64,000 nucleotides of DNA from Eledone cirrhosa. Its lineage: Eukaryota. The translations under genes were made by a program, and so were the position numbers. A model generated the notes under the pieces. That model searched no databases. It saw only the letters and a program-made list of their open reading frames with translations, and was not told the DNA's origin. The stretch spans positions 184,202,001 to 184,266,000 of the forward strand of contig OZ024740.1 of NCBI GenBank assembly GCA_964016885.1, read 5' to 3'. Shown here piece by piece: positions 1-13,346 of the stretch (positions within the stretch are counted from its first letter, which is position 1; each line of letters starts with the position of its first letter).

Positions 1-308
1 AAAGTTCCAAATACTTGTCATGCAAGTCACCTGTTCATAACATAATGGCTCTAAGAATTGCGGAGGCCTCAAAGTGGACGGTCAACGTCCGAGATATAGT
101 AGCCAAAGTAACTTCACGCCGTAATATAATCGTAAGACAGAAAGACATATTCAACGAATAATATTTTTATACTAGTTTCAGTCAAGAAATGATGGAGAAT
201 TACATTAAAAAATGTTAGTCAATCATATTGACGCCAAAGCTTAATAGTGTTCTCATTCAGTCGATCGCTATCAAATGGTCGAGTTTATTATTTTTTTCTG
301 ATTTAAAC

Positions 309-511
309 ACAGGCCAACAAATTTTGGGGTGAGGCACGTTGATTAAATTCACCCTTAGTGCGTTACTGGTACTGTCTTCTATCTACCTCGTAAGGATGAA
401 AAGCAAAGCTAACCTCGACGGGATTTGAACACAGAATATAAAGTGATGTAACTATATGCCACAAAACATGTTTCCCAGCGCTGTTCTAATACTGCCAATC
501 CACTGCCCTTA
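309..511 (-). mobile_element. tRNA-derived SINE (octopus-type family), diverged copy
   Basis: The minus strand has a tRNA-like head with B box GTTCAAATCC, followed by TTTCATCCTTACG...AGTACCAGT, which is shared with many other copies in the window. Confidence 0.75.
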
Positions 512-2311
512 TGTCTATAAATAATATCGAATTGTAACATCTGGAACGTCTTTAATCATACATATCCTTGATAGGTACTCAACAAAAGGAGTATAGAAAC
601 GATTCCAGGGTGTATCCATACACCTTATGCTTTGAATTCAACTTCGCCTCTCATCCTTCAGGTGTCGATAAATAATGGTGGTATCAATTGTGGTATTTAA
701 TTCGGTTCTTTATCCTGTGAGTTCAAATCCTACTGTAGCTTACTTGAGTTAGCTGAATCCATTTTCCAGTTGAACATTACCTTTGACTTTTAATGGAGAA
801 CAGGCTAATGCAAGCATCTGGGCAAGATTTACAGTTTGCGAATTCTTTTCACCACTCCTCTAGCCATTCGCGGGGGTCTGTAAAAAACCATAGGCACCTC
901 TCTCTCTCTGCTGACTAAACAATACAATTCAAAATCACAGGCAAACAAACAGGTGCACGCACACACGCACACGCACATACACACGCACGCACACACGGAC
1001 ACACACACACACATACACACACACGCGCTCTCTTTCTTTCTCGATTTTTAACTCTATCTCTTTTATTTATTCCTGCTCCTATCAATTTATTTATCTAAAC
1101 AATCCCGTCCTAATACATATTAGATTTCCTTAAAAATAAATACAGCTACAATTGTCAGAACTTGGCAGTTTTATAAACAATTTCGTTCTATAGCTTAAAG
1201 TTTATATTACGCCCCATGCTTTACACGTTGCCAGCTGAAGCAAGCACAGTAGGAGTTCTACGTAATATTTATTCACTTGGCTCACAAAGACATGGGTAAA
1301 GTGTGAGTATTTCTTTATACCTATCGAATTACGAAGAAGAAATGAGAAAAACCTATTCATTATATATCGTTGTAGTATTGCATGGTTATAACAATCAATG
1401 TTTATACTCCGGCGTGCCAATGGCACTGGCGTTAATCCAATTTGTTTTAGAAATAAGATATGAAGTGTTTTGTCAGTCTGTCACCCAAAGATGAATATAA
1501 GTAAATGGTTGCATATACAACAAGCTCTATCCTTTCTTGAATGTAGAAACCAATATATACAGTGTGCGTCTTATTTTATTTAGTTTCCTTGTTTGTAGCA
1601 CTCCCTTGGCCTTCTAGACCAATGAAACATTCATTACATGACATTTCTTTAACCTTTCTATAGTAAGGTTCCTTAACTCCGGATAAAGTTGTAGGGCCGC
1701 CGTATTGACATGCGGCGTTGCTTGGGCATTTTAAGCCCATTCCTCTCAGCTGATTTCTTCCAGAGAAAGATAGAAAGTGAGAGAGGGGAAATGAGAAAGG
1801 GATATAGAGGAAGAATCGACAGCAGTGCTAGACTGGTACTTTTTTTATCGACCTGGAAAGGTGAAAGACAAGGTTGACCTTTCATCCTTACTAGAAAGTG
1901 AATGAATGGAAGTTAGAAAGAGACATACAAGTATAATCGACCCTAGTATTTGACTGGTGCTTTTTACTGGACTGCGAATGGATGAAAGGCAAAGAAATCA
2001 GAGAGCATAGAGCCGAAACGAATAGCGCATTCTAGATCTTGGAGAAGATCTGAATCTTTGTATTGTTTTCGATTCGCGAAGGCTTTACCCTCAATCTGGT
2101 ATGTGTGAAGAGGCTGGTAATGCATGCATGGATCCTTAAATATTGGTAAATTCGAAAGGGAGAATGTTGTTTCATATGGCGTGACTTTGGCATTTAAACG
2201 TGGTGGAAATTATCCCTCTTCATGCCTGAGCATAACCGATTTTCTCCAAAGGAATAGAGAAAGGGGGAGGATGAGTGAAAAAGATATATAGATGAAGAAT
2301 CGATCATATTT

Positions 2312-2422
2312 CAATTGAAGTGATGGAAGGTAAAGTTGACCTCGGCGGGTTTGAACTCAGAGTGCAGAGAGCTAGAAAACATAAAACAAATCATTATCAC
2401 CGACGTTCTAACGACCCGCCTT
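2312..2422 (-). mobile_element. Partial copy of the same tRNA-derived SINE
   Basis: GATGGAAGGTAAAGTTGACCTCGGCGGGTTTGAACTCAGA matches the family core. Further relics lie at about 1825-2030. Confidence 0.6.
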
Positions 2423-3195
2423 AGACTGATAATGAAAAATAAAAATAAAGCTGCATTGCTGAAAACAGAGTTTGATTTCCATTGGTTTGCATCAGAAAGA
2501 ATTTTAAGACGATATCGTGACTTGTACAATGCATCAGTTATTTTTATTAATAAATGGAATGATATATTGTATAATGTAGTCCTAGAATGACTTTCATTGA
2601 GGCTAAGCTCAATTCAGAGCTTCTCTTGGGTTAGACAAAGGCAATAGTGATTCAATTGTTTGAAACATTACTTTTTACAATAACAAAAGAGTAAAAAACG
2701 AACATGAATTAAGAGAAGATATCAGGTTAAGAATACCGAAGAAAAGTACGTTTCTGTTAGTACTGGTAATAACTCATCTAAAAAAAGGAAACATTGTGTT
2801 GATGTATTTGTTCCGTATTTCTATAATTGCTGATGAATAATTTTGAGAATTAATAATATATTTCGGCGACTCGTGACATCACATCATTATTCCATTCCAA
2901 CGAAATATGTGGTCTCATGCCAAAGCTAGAAAGCATTATTCCATAGAGATTTCTCTGAAAGGTTGTGCAGCCATCTTGGTTTCCATTGGGAAATGATAGA
3001 AAACTTTGGACATGATTAAAACGAAAGGAGGGAAATTATGTTACAAAATGTCTTATAGAAATCGCTTACATATTCATCTTTAACAATTGATGACAAAACT
3101 TGGAAATAACTGGAATTTGATTTATCATATACAGAGAAGGGAGCATAAAAGTAACATTTATATTTTAAACGTGTGACAAAATATGCATATACATA

Positions 3196-3235
<40 letters not shown>

Positions 3236-4049
3236 TATATATGGGGGGTGAGAGAGAGGAAGAGTGTGTATATATATATATATGCATCGATGTATGTACA
3301 CAGATTATATATATATATAAAGACAGATATGTATGTATATATATATATCATATTCATATACATTGATGGAATTAGATTTACTGTGTTTGACATGTTTTCT
3401 CACAATGTTCGAGAATCGTTAGGCAATTTCTTGATTCTCTGACGAAATGAATTTACTCAATGCGCAACTGATCTTTCCGGGATGTTTTTATGTTGTCAAC
3501 CGTCATTTATGTGCTTCTATGTGTTATTTGTGTCACTGCTTTTTTCATCATATCCATATTTAGTTTATATATTCCTTCACTGCTATCAATATGGAAACGT
3601 ATGTGGCATGGATATGGTCTATAGGTGTGTAGCTGTGATGGTTAAGTTTTATCGACTGTTTTGATCTTAGTCTATCCTTCTTTTTATATTACTGTATTGG
3701 TTTTGGTGTGTGCTTACTTCGTTCATCCTTTGTGCTTTTGGGATATGTAACGTGGAGAATCTGCTATATAGTCACTCCACTTCTATAAATTACAGAATGT
3801 TGGATCATTCAGATGTGTAAAAAGTATTTATATTTTAACATTGTTTATTGATACGCAGTGTATCAGTATGGTGTGCACATATATATATATATAACAAAGA
3901 GGGTGTGGTAAGATACCATAACACACCAAAGTACTAAATACTTAGGGTAGTAGAGTGGGTAATATGAAAAGTTTTAGGACCCCGACAGCTGAGCTCCAGC
4001 CGTTTCAATTAGATCCGGAGCACAGTCGTCGGAGTCCTGACTCTTTTCC

Positions 4050-4097
<48 letters not shown>

Positions 4098-5046
4098 CGT
4101 GTGTGTGTGTGTGTGTGTGTGAATTTGTGTGTGTATGTGTGTTTCTCTTTATCATATGTACGGCAGATTTATCCAGTCATTCACTTACACTGGGAAACGT
4201 TTCTTTTATATATTCTTTGAACGCTCATACAAATATACACGCACATAATGTAATGGAACACGGATAAATAGGCATTAAAACATTGCATACTATGTCTGCT
4301 TTAGAAGAAGATGAAGGTGATTGCAGCGACGATTATAAAGGACATACAGAATGATTAAAAAAAGAATTAATATGGGTAGCAAAAATGATTATTAATTTCA
4401 AATCATTACTATTAACTCATACGAAATTTCCATTTTTCCTATTAATTAAAGAGGAATACATTTTTAATATCGACTCATGTGACTTTAATTAAAGTTATCC
4501 AGACAAATTTGAAAAAGTACCCAGGAATAAAGTTGACATGATGAGATATATCATCTAGCTCGGTGTGTACCAATTAGAACAAGAAAGAATTGCGCAACGA
4601 AAACATTAAAGTAGCGACGATCAACATATAATGATATTATAAAAAACAAATACAAAATTCAAATCAAAATGAAAGACAAAAAAAACAAAAAAATACAAAA
4701 CAAAAGATCAATTAGGATAACCATCGGAAAGAAAAATAATTTTGACAGGAAATCTAATAATCAGGAATGTTTTCCTTCTCTTTTTCTTTTCCTTTTGTCT
4801 TTTTCCTCTTTGTAAAGAAAACAAAATTGGTCATATTATGAATGTCTCTAGGACAACACTGGATGATCAAAAGCTTTGTGTTAAAGGAGCAAAAAATATA
4901 TGAATAAATACAGAATAAATGGAGACGGGACAACAGAATTACTGAGAAAGAAAAACAAAAGGAATACTTTCAATAATTATTCGATCTAGTTATGTGTGAA
5001 TTCTTCCATGAATGCAAGTACATTTGTCAATTTACATCTAGTTTGT

Positions 5047-5638
<592 letters not shown>

Positions 5639-5675
5639 ATATATATATATATAATATATATATGTGTGTTGGTGT

Positions 5676-5707
<32 letters not shown>

Positions 5708-5821
5708 GGTATATAAAATCTTATTTTATATAAAATAGAAATCCTGTTTATATTATGTTCACTTCCAGATACCCATCGGGAATCCATCTTTAGTGAGGTA
5801 GATACACACACATGTATAGTC

Positions 5822-8128
5822 TATTATTGTATTATTCTGCTACGTGTTCCATCAGACAGCCTGTGGCTACGCTGTGGCACCGCCATTGGTGCTATACTCT
5901 CTACAGCCATCTTTCCTTGGTTGGCCATTGTGCAAAGGTAGATTGATGATGTCTTCCTTATTTGTGCTTCGCCTCGTGCTATGGGTTCGTCCGAGATCTT
6001 GATTAGCAGAATGTCGAGATGTTTCTTGCACAAAATGTACATCTCTCAGATTATTTGGCCGCTTATTAAAGAGCTGGGGTGCTTTGAACCCCAGGCTATT
6101 ACAGTTTGTGATCACTATTCTCTTTGCGATAGACGTGAATTTTGGGACTACGCAGTTTCATACTGATCGTGGGCTGTTCCTTCCTTCAATGCCGAAGTTT
6201 AATGTTAGCCATTACAGGATTTCCATCCGTAAATTAATACCTACCCCTCCCGCCTTCCCTCTAACGAGTAAAACGAAATTAGAACAAACTCAGCCTCTCC
6301 TACTAACAAATTTCTTTCCCTTAGGCAATCCACTTAGGGTAGCTTTGTTGGTTTGCTTCCAGTTCTGTGGGTAGTTTAACACTGTGGCTTGACCCCAGCT
6401 GAGAGCAATTGTCCAGTCAGCTGCGGACGAATGTACTCCAATGGCCCAACATGGTGTCCAGGACTCTTGTCCTGAAAGTCCTCTCTACATTGCTGTCATT
6501 TCGGTGATGTTTTCGTGTTCATGAAACGATGCATACTTGTTCATGTCAATGTCCAGATACCGATTTGATTTTGACTCGTGGACTTTGTTTCTTACTGGTC
6601 CTGTTTACCTTAGTTGTAATGATCCTATATCTGTGGGTTGATAGCGGAATGCTCGAAACTTACCTGCATTAAATTGCATATTTTTGTCTTCAGCCCATTC
6701 GTTTATGGGATCTACATCTTATAAAAGAGTAACATTAGTCGGTTTCGTGTTTGCTTGACCTTACTGAAATGTGACATCAGGAAGACTGGCCGGTAGTTTT
6801 TGGCCTCCGCTCTGCTTCCTCCTTTATGGATAGGGCATATTGTGCCTTCTTTTAGGTATCTGGGTAGTTTACCGGTAGCCAAAGAACTTCTGAAGAGGAT
6901 CTTCAGTGGTCTTGCTATAGCACGCTTATATGTGTTTAGGAGGTCTGCTGGGAATCCATCAGGACCGGCAGCTGAGTTTGTTCTAATCTCGTTTATGGCA
7001 GATAACCACATTCCTCCTTTATGTCTATGCGGTTGATGGTCGCCTTTTTTCGTGGAGTGATGCTGCATCAAAGAAATCCTCCGGCTTTGTTATTTGCATG
7101 TGCTTCAATGGGGGTATGAACACACTTTTGTAAAGTTCATTCAGTATTTCATTTATCCCATGAGATCCTCGGTTAATGAACCATTTTTATGGAAGAGTGG
7201 CCCAAACTTGCAGTGTGACGAGCCTGTTTCTTTTGCAAATTTAAAGAAGACCTTAGGATTTGTTTTGATATGTACTATTGCCCTGGCTTCTCTCTCATTC
7301 GGCCTCTGTTCGAGTGATGTCATTCCAGGGAGGAGGTGGCACTCAGGCCATTTGACTTTTGGTAGGTTAAAGTCTACCAGGAGCAGAATGTTGTTACCCT
7401 GGTCCAGTTTGTCAAGGACTTCTTCCATCCTTCTGAGGTTATCATAAATCTTACCTTCATGACTAGGGCGTCGCGTGGCCGCTATTTTATACATATTACC
7501 ATTTTCAGTTGCTTCATATGTACTATCGGTATGTCACAGACTGAGTTTGAATGTGTCAACAGTACAAACGGTGTGTCATCTTGAGTTATTTCCTTCCTGT
7601 CTGAACGAAATACAGTATACTTTAGTATATATATTTCCGCATGTTATACTGCTTGTCAGGTGCGTTTCAGTTAGTGCCATGCATAATGCTTGATAGCTTA
7701 TGGCTAAGTCTCTCAGGTTGGGAATTTTCCTCATTTTAGTGAGTTTCACCAGGCCTCTTATATTCAGCAGCAAAACTGTTGTGGCATTTATGGAGTCAGC
7801 AATGGCTGTCGGTGTGGCAACTGACCTGGTGTAAGCGGCTGCCATCCTAGGTCCCTTGATTGATGTGGTCGCGAGTACTGGTGTGAGTCACCCCGGCTAT
7901 GAAAACAATATAGCCAGGTCAGTTGTCCCACAATCCTCTCCACCATTAAAAAATAAATATTTTGCTCCGCTGCTGCCGTCTGTAATTCATCTGTATATGC
8001 ATGCCTTCTCCTCGTTGTTGGGGCGGCACATGCGACATCAGCATATTTCTGGGACAGCTTGCATCTGTTCTGGCTTTGGCTGGGGCCTTTTGTGGGAGTA
8101 GGTTGGGCGTAGTTCACCTCGGGTGAGT
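5822..8128 (-). mobile_element. Decayed, internally deleted CR1-group LINE (APE + RT relics)
   Basis: Fragmentary ORFs include LLNIRGL...ALTETHL and DFNLP (APE), AAGPDGFP...CPIHKGGSRAEAKNYRP (RT N-part), MQFNAGKF, and PQLFNKRPNNLRD...KKHLDILL (C-terminus). Confidence 0.85.
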
Positions 8129-8352
8129 TTATATATATATATATATAAATATGTATACGTACATACATATATGTATACAAACGTACAGTAGTATGCATAT
8201 ATATACATACATGCACACATATATATATATGTACGTATGGGTTTACTGAACATTTATGATAATGCTAGGTTTCTTTGTAAACAAACATCCCGAATTAAGC
8301 CGTACAGTGTTTAGCAACCATCGTTGCCCTTTTGTTCAACACTGACAGAGGA

Positions 8353-8395
8353 ACAATCTACTAGTTTCAAACTTATTAGCTATCGACAGCACCGT
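8353..8395 (-). ncRNA. Degenerate hammerhead (inverted copy)
   Basis: Same motif with the core mutated to CTGTCGA and mismatches in the stems. Confidence 0.55.
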
Positions 8396-8517
8396 ATACC
8401 TTCCTGCCAGATGATTGAACGTCTGAAAGTATATACTTTCCTTATGCATATTAACGGCTGAGCAGCCTAATTTGCATATCGAGTTAGTTAACATTCAATC
8501 ATCTGGCTTGAAGGTAT

Positions 8518-8560
8518 ACGGTGCTGACGATAGCTAATAAGCTTGAAACTAGTACATCGT
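8518..8560 (+). ncRNA. Minimal type I hammerhead ribozyme
   Basis: ACGGTG-CTGACGA-TAGCT(AATA)AGCTT-GAAA-CTAG-TA-CATCGT: stem III is the palindrome ACTAGT and the cleavage triplet is GUA. Confidence 0.8.
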
Positions 8561-8946
8561 TCCTTTGTCAGTGTTGCACAAAATGTCAACGATGGTTGCT
8601 AAACACTGTAGGCTTAATTCGGGATGTTTGTTTACAAACAAACCGAGCATTATAATAAATGTTCGGTAAATCCATACGTACATATATATATGTGTGCATG
8701 TATGTATATATATATACATACTACTTTATGTCTGTATACATATATGTATGTACGTATACATACTTATAATTAAGTAACAGCCGTACTAAGAGTGAGAAAT
8801 GAAATTTCGTTTCAGTTTTTCCATTTATCGATTTCGGTGCGCCCGGCCGATTAACTCACTCGATATGCAAATTAGGCTGCTCAGCCGTTAATATGAACAA
8901 GGAAAGTATATACTTTCAGACGTTCAATCATCTGGCAGGAAGGTAT

Positions 8947-8989
8947 ACGGTGCTGACGATAGCTAATAAGCTTGAAACTAGTACATCGT
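8947..8989 (+). ncRNA. Minimal type I hammerhead ribozyme (second tandem copy)
   Basis: Identical to 8518-8560, 429 bp downstream. Confidence 0.8.
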
Positions 8990-9248
8990 TCCTTTGTCAG
9001 TGTTGAACAAAAGGGCAGCGATGGTTGCTAAACACTGTACGGCTTAACTCGAAATGTTTGTTTACAAACGATCCGAGCATTATAATAAATGTTCGGTAAA
9101 TCTATACGTAGATATATATATGTGTGCATGTATGTACATATATACATACTACTGTACGTATGTATACATATATGTATGTACGTATACATACTTATATTTA
9201 AGTAACAGCCGTACTAAGAGTGAGATATGAAATTTCGTTTCATTTTTT

Positions 9249-9360
<112 letters not shown>

Positions 9361-9641
9361 AAGCATGTCCAGAGAATTATTTAGATAATATATATACATC
9401 ATCTCTACTCCCAATCAGCATAATTAACCACACAATAAATCAATTAGACCAGGCTATAAGAATAAAATGCACCTATGAAGAAACAGTAAATAAATACGCC
9501 ACAGCGGCGTCTTCGCGTCCAACCGCTATTGAATATTTACCCAATATTTCAACAGCACGTGGAAATTAATTAAATATACGGTCAACCATACATCATTAGG
9601 TAAAAATTAATGTTATATACATACTAGGATTAAATCACGAA

Positions 9642-9721
9642 ATCCCGACCCTTTGGTTTCGCTCACTTTTGAGATATCTTATTTAAGGTTCATACTCGAG
9701 TTTTAGAGCTCTTCAGGGGAT
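9642..9721 (-). ncRNA. Canonical type I hammerhead ribozyme
   Basis: Minus strand reads ATCCC-CTGAAGA-GCTC(41-nt loop)GAGC-GAAA-CC(AAAG)GG-TC-GGGAT: all three stems, a G10.1-C11.1 pair and a GUC triplet. Confidence 0.88.
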
Positions 9722-10016
9722 AAACTCACTAGGACATATTATTTTCCGAAGTGGCCCCCGCCAAACAGAAATTCAAAATAGTTGAGAACTGAGACGTGGC
9801 AGTGGTCAAGTCAGGAAGAGTGTGACTGGTTGCTTACGGCGAGTGGGTTGGTTGCTAGAAAGCGCAGCCCAATATCGCCCAAATTGTATCTCAACCTTAT
9901 GGGAAATTATTAAATATAAATATTTACACACACACCAATTAAACAAAGTCACAGGTATATATGTGTTTTGGCAACTATTCACGATGTGACTCAATGAAGA
10001 ATTAATAAATTAGATA

Positions 10017-10796
10017 ATCAGAGCATATTACAATGAAGCACTTGTTCGGAGTGGATTTGTCGATAAGGTAGCATATACAGAGTACGAGAATAGACCTAAA
10101 AGAAATAGGTCCCGACTCATTTTATGGTATAACCTACCATATCATATGGAGGTGGCCTCACCATTAGCTAAGATCTTTCTCTCCCTTATTATGAGGCATT
10201 TTCCACCTATATATAAATATAGTAACATTTTTAATAGAAATACTATTAACATTTCTTACTCTTCGACTCCTAACCTTGCACATAACATCACAGCTTCAAA
10301 TTTAGCTAAACTACCTACCCGTAGGAACACGTGCAACCCTGTAGTTAGTACTTACTGTAATTGTATGATTCGGGTTGACTGCCCGCTATCTGGGAAATAC
10401 CTCTCTAGTAACAGTGTCTACAAATGTAAGGTTGAAACACCGACGTCCCGTAGGGCCTAAATAGGGTTAACTGCCAATAGATTCAAGCAGCGTTTTTACA
10501 TGCATACCCATTCTTTTCGTTACCCTTTAAGAAAGAATACGACGTCACTTTCAGCTTATATTTGGAGTCTAAAAGACAACCACACCCAATATAAGTTACA
10601 CTGGGAGATCCTAGCTAGGGCTAGATCGTATAACGGAAATAAAAGACCATGTGACCTCTGCGCCGCTGAGGCCCTGGAAATACTCTACGCCAAAGACCAC
10701 ATCTTAAACAAAAAATCTGAGGCAATTTCGGCTTGTAAACATAAATTGCACAAAACCTTTCTTTATTACAGCCCCACATTATACCCTAACGGATAG
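10017..10796 (+). pseudogene. Penelope-like element C-terminal ORF (linker + GIY-YIG endonuclease), 5'-truncated, one in-frame stop
   Basis: A single frame reads WYNLPY...FLSLIMRHFPP...IFNRNTINISYS...CNC...CPLSG...VYKC...*IGLT..RFKQRF..H..SF...TSLSAYIWSLK...CDLC..E...LNKKSE...CKH. The Tyr of YIG is replaced by TAA at 10458-10460. Confidence 0.88.
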
Positions 10797-11915
10797 TACG
10801 TACTATACGCTGATATTTTACGTCCTGATGTGGTAGCTAAGTATATGTTATGTTTATACCATTACTTATTTGTATAGGTAAGTATATAATACCTGCATGT
10901 TTTGTGAAGATACGTATACTTTCTCGTACGTATTATTGATTGTATATGTTACGGTGTATATATTTTATTTTCTGGTACATATGCTTTTGGTTATGTCTAT
11001 ACGTGAGTTTTACGTCTGTGTGAGTATGCGGATTCGTACGTATGTAGGGTGTGTGTATATGTGTACTTCGTGTTTTGGTTGACGTGGTCTCCGAAGATTT
11101 GTGTATTTACATGTAGGCATGTGTGTGCGTTTGTTATATATTTATTTATTTATATACGTTTATTTAATTATATGTATACACGCACACACACATACACACA
11201 CATATATATATATATATATATTATATATTTTTATGTGTATTTTGTGTATACATTCGTATGAGTGTTAGTACAGGGGTTGCGTGGGTTCTGTATGTGCGTG
11301 TGCGTTTTTTGTTTGTTTTTTTCTTTGTGTACGTGCGTGTATTTGTATACCTATGGGGAGTGTTTTCGCGTACGCTTGTGTGTGTACGTATATGGATGCA
11401 TGTATGTATTTATTTAATTTCAATTACCTCCGTATTTTCTTTACTTTATTCTTAACTCTGAAGCCGAGAATCATTCGGTTTCCTAGTTAGAATTTTAGTC
11501 TACGACTTCCGTTATACCATTTACGGGGTTTTGTCTTTGCGTGCAACTGTTCTTCCCGCTCCACATATGACGTATTATCTTCGTTTTTTCCGTTCTTTGC
11601 CAGAGAACGTCTCTATGAACCACCTAATAGAATATTAGTCTACGACTTCTTTTATACCATAAACGTGGTTTTGTCTTTGCGTGTAATTGTTTTTCACCGC
11701 TCCAAATAATGACGTATTGTATTCCTTTTTTCCCGTTCTTTGCCAGGGAACGTTTCCACGAACCAACGTATCGTCTTCCTGTCTTCCTCCGGTTGCAACG
11801 ATTTTTGAAATATTCACTTCTGCATTCATAGATTGTCTTTGTTAGTTTCAGAAGATCTCGTTAAGGGTGAAATCAGCGATTCTTTGCTTAAACTTTAATC
11901 TGTTATTTTAATAAA
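10797..11915 (+). mobile_element. Probable 3' UTR of the PLE, with an internal ~145-bp duplication and a degenerate hammerhead (11844-11894)
   Basis: T-rich UTR in which 11495-11620 resembles 11635-11765. AGTTT-CAGAAGA-TCTC(GTTAA)GGGT-GAAA...AAACT is followed by AATAAA and (TA)n. Confidence 0.55.
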
Positions 11916-12370
11916 TATATATATATATTTGGCCGGAGTATCGCTAAAAAGCTTTCTCCGATATTGTATTTATTTATTTACTCTTGGCGCAGCAGATTTG
12001 AAATTTTCCCGGTATAAGGTTAGGATTTCTTTGTTTATTCTTTATATATGAATATTGATTGTTCCTTATATATCCTTCTGTTATTTTGCCCGAGAAATAT
12101 CTGTGTGTGTCATCAAATGTTGTACACACATAGATATTTTTTCAATTTCCAATTGAGTTCTTAGCACGTGGCCTGAATTCCTTTTAGTGTTCATTGTCAT
12201 GCGCATGTATTATTTTTTTTGGCGGTAATTTACTTCCTCAATTTTGAATCAGTTTGAGCATTTCTTTAGAACTGCTGGACTGGCAACCTGACAGATGCCT
12301 CAGGCACAGAGGATGATTATCGCTAAATACTGATGTTGGTTAGATTATCAATATTAGTATTATTGGGGCA

Positions 12371-12497
12371 CCCACTGATGAATTATAGGAGCCCACTTTA
12401 ATATATATATATTGTTAGTATACAAGCTCCTACATAAATTGGTATAATTTAACCCAAATTGTAGGAATCCTATAATGAAACGAGACGTCCGTCTGGG
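12371..12497 (+). ncRNA. Type I hammerhead ribozyme with enlarged stem II
   Basis: CCCA-CTGATGA-ATTATAGGA(77 nt)TCCTATAAT-GAAA-CG(AGACGTC)CG-TC-TGGG: 9-bp stem II, GUC triplet and palindrome GACGTC in loop III. Confidence 0.85.
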
Positions 12498-13073
12498 AAG
12501 AGATATATTCGATATGTCTCATATGAAATAATACAGCCAATTTTCCACGCAATACTTTTAGTTAGCACCCCGAACGCATAATTGGGAATATAATCACTTA
12601 TTTCCTAATGATTGTTGAGTGAGTTGGAATTTGGCCGGAGTATCGCTAAAAAGCTTTCTCCGATATTGTATTTATTTATTTGCTCTTGGCGCAGCAGATT
12701 TGAAATTTTCTCTGTATAAGGTTAGGATTTCTTTGTTTATTTTTTATATATGAATATTGATTGTTCCCTATATCTCATTCTGTTATTTTGCCCGAGAAAA
12801 TATCTGTGAGTGTCATCAAATGTTGTACACACGTAGATATTTTTTCAATTTCCAATTGAGTTCTTAGCACGTGGCCTGAATTCCTTTTAGAGTTAATTGT
12901 CATGCGCATGTATTATCTTTTTTGGCGGTAATTTACTTCCTCAATTTTGAATCAGTTTGAGCATTTCTTTAGAACTGCTGGACTGGCAACCTGACAGATA
13001 CCTCAGGCACAGAGGATGATTATCGCTAAATACTGATGTTGGTTAGATTATCAATATTAGTATTATTGGGGCA

Positions 13074-13200
13074 CCCACTGATGAATTATAGGAGCCCACT
13101 TGAATATATATCTATTGTTGGTATATAAGCTCCTACATAAATTGGTATAATTTAACCCAAATTGTAGGAATCCTATAATGAAACGAGACGTCCGTCTGGG
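13074..13200 (+). ncRNA. Type I hammerhead ribozyme (second tandem copy)
   Basis: Same core and stems as 12371-12497, 703 bp downstream. Differences are confined to the stem II insert. Confidence 0.85.
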
Positions 13201-13346
13201 AAAAGATTTATTCGATATGTCTCATATGAAATAATAGAGTGAGTTGGAATTTGGCCGGAGTATCGCTAAAAAGCTTTCTCCGATATTGTATTTATTATAT
13301 ATATATATATATATTTTTATTATTATTATTATTATTATTGTTATTA

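Larger units (their letters stand above)
11929..13295 (+). repeat. Tandem non-coding repeat: two near-identical ~0.6-0.7-kb units plus the start of a third, each full unit carrying a hammerhead
   Basis: TTGGCCGGAGTATCGCTAAAAAGCTTTCTCCGATATTG recurs at about 11929, 12631 and 13251. Confidence 0.9.

Noticed and set aside
309-511. tRNA gene calls at SINE heads
   Set aside because: The A and B boxes belong to SINE heads followed by the family body, and none forms a complete tRNA.
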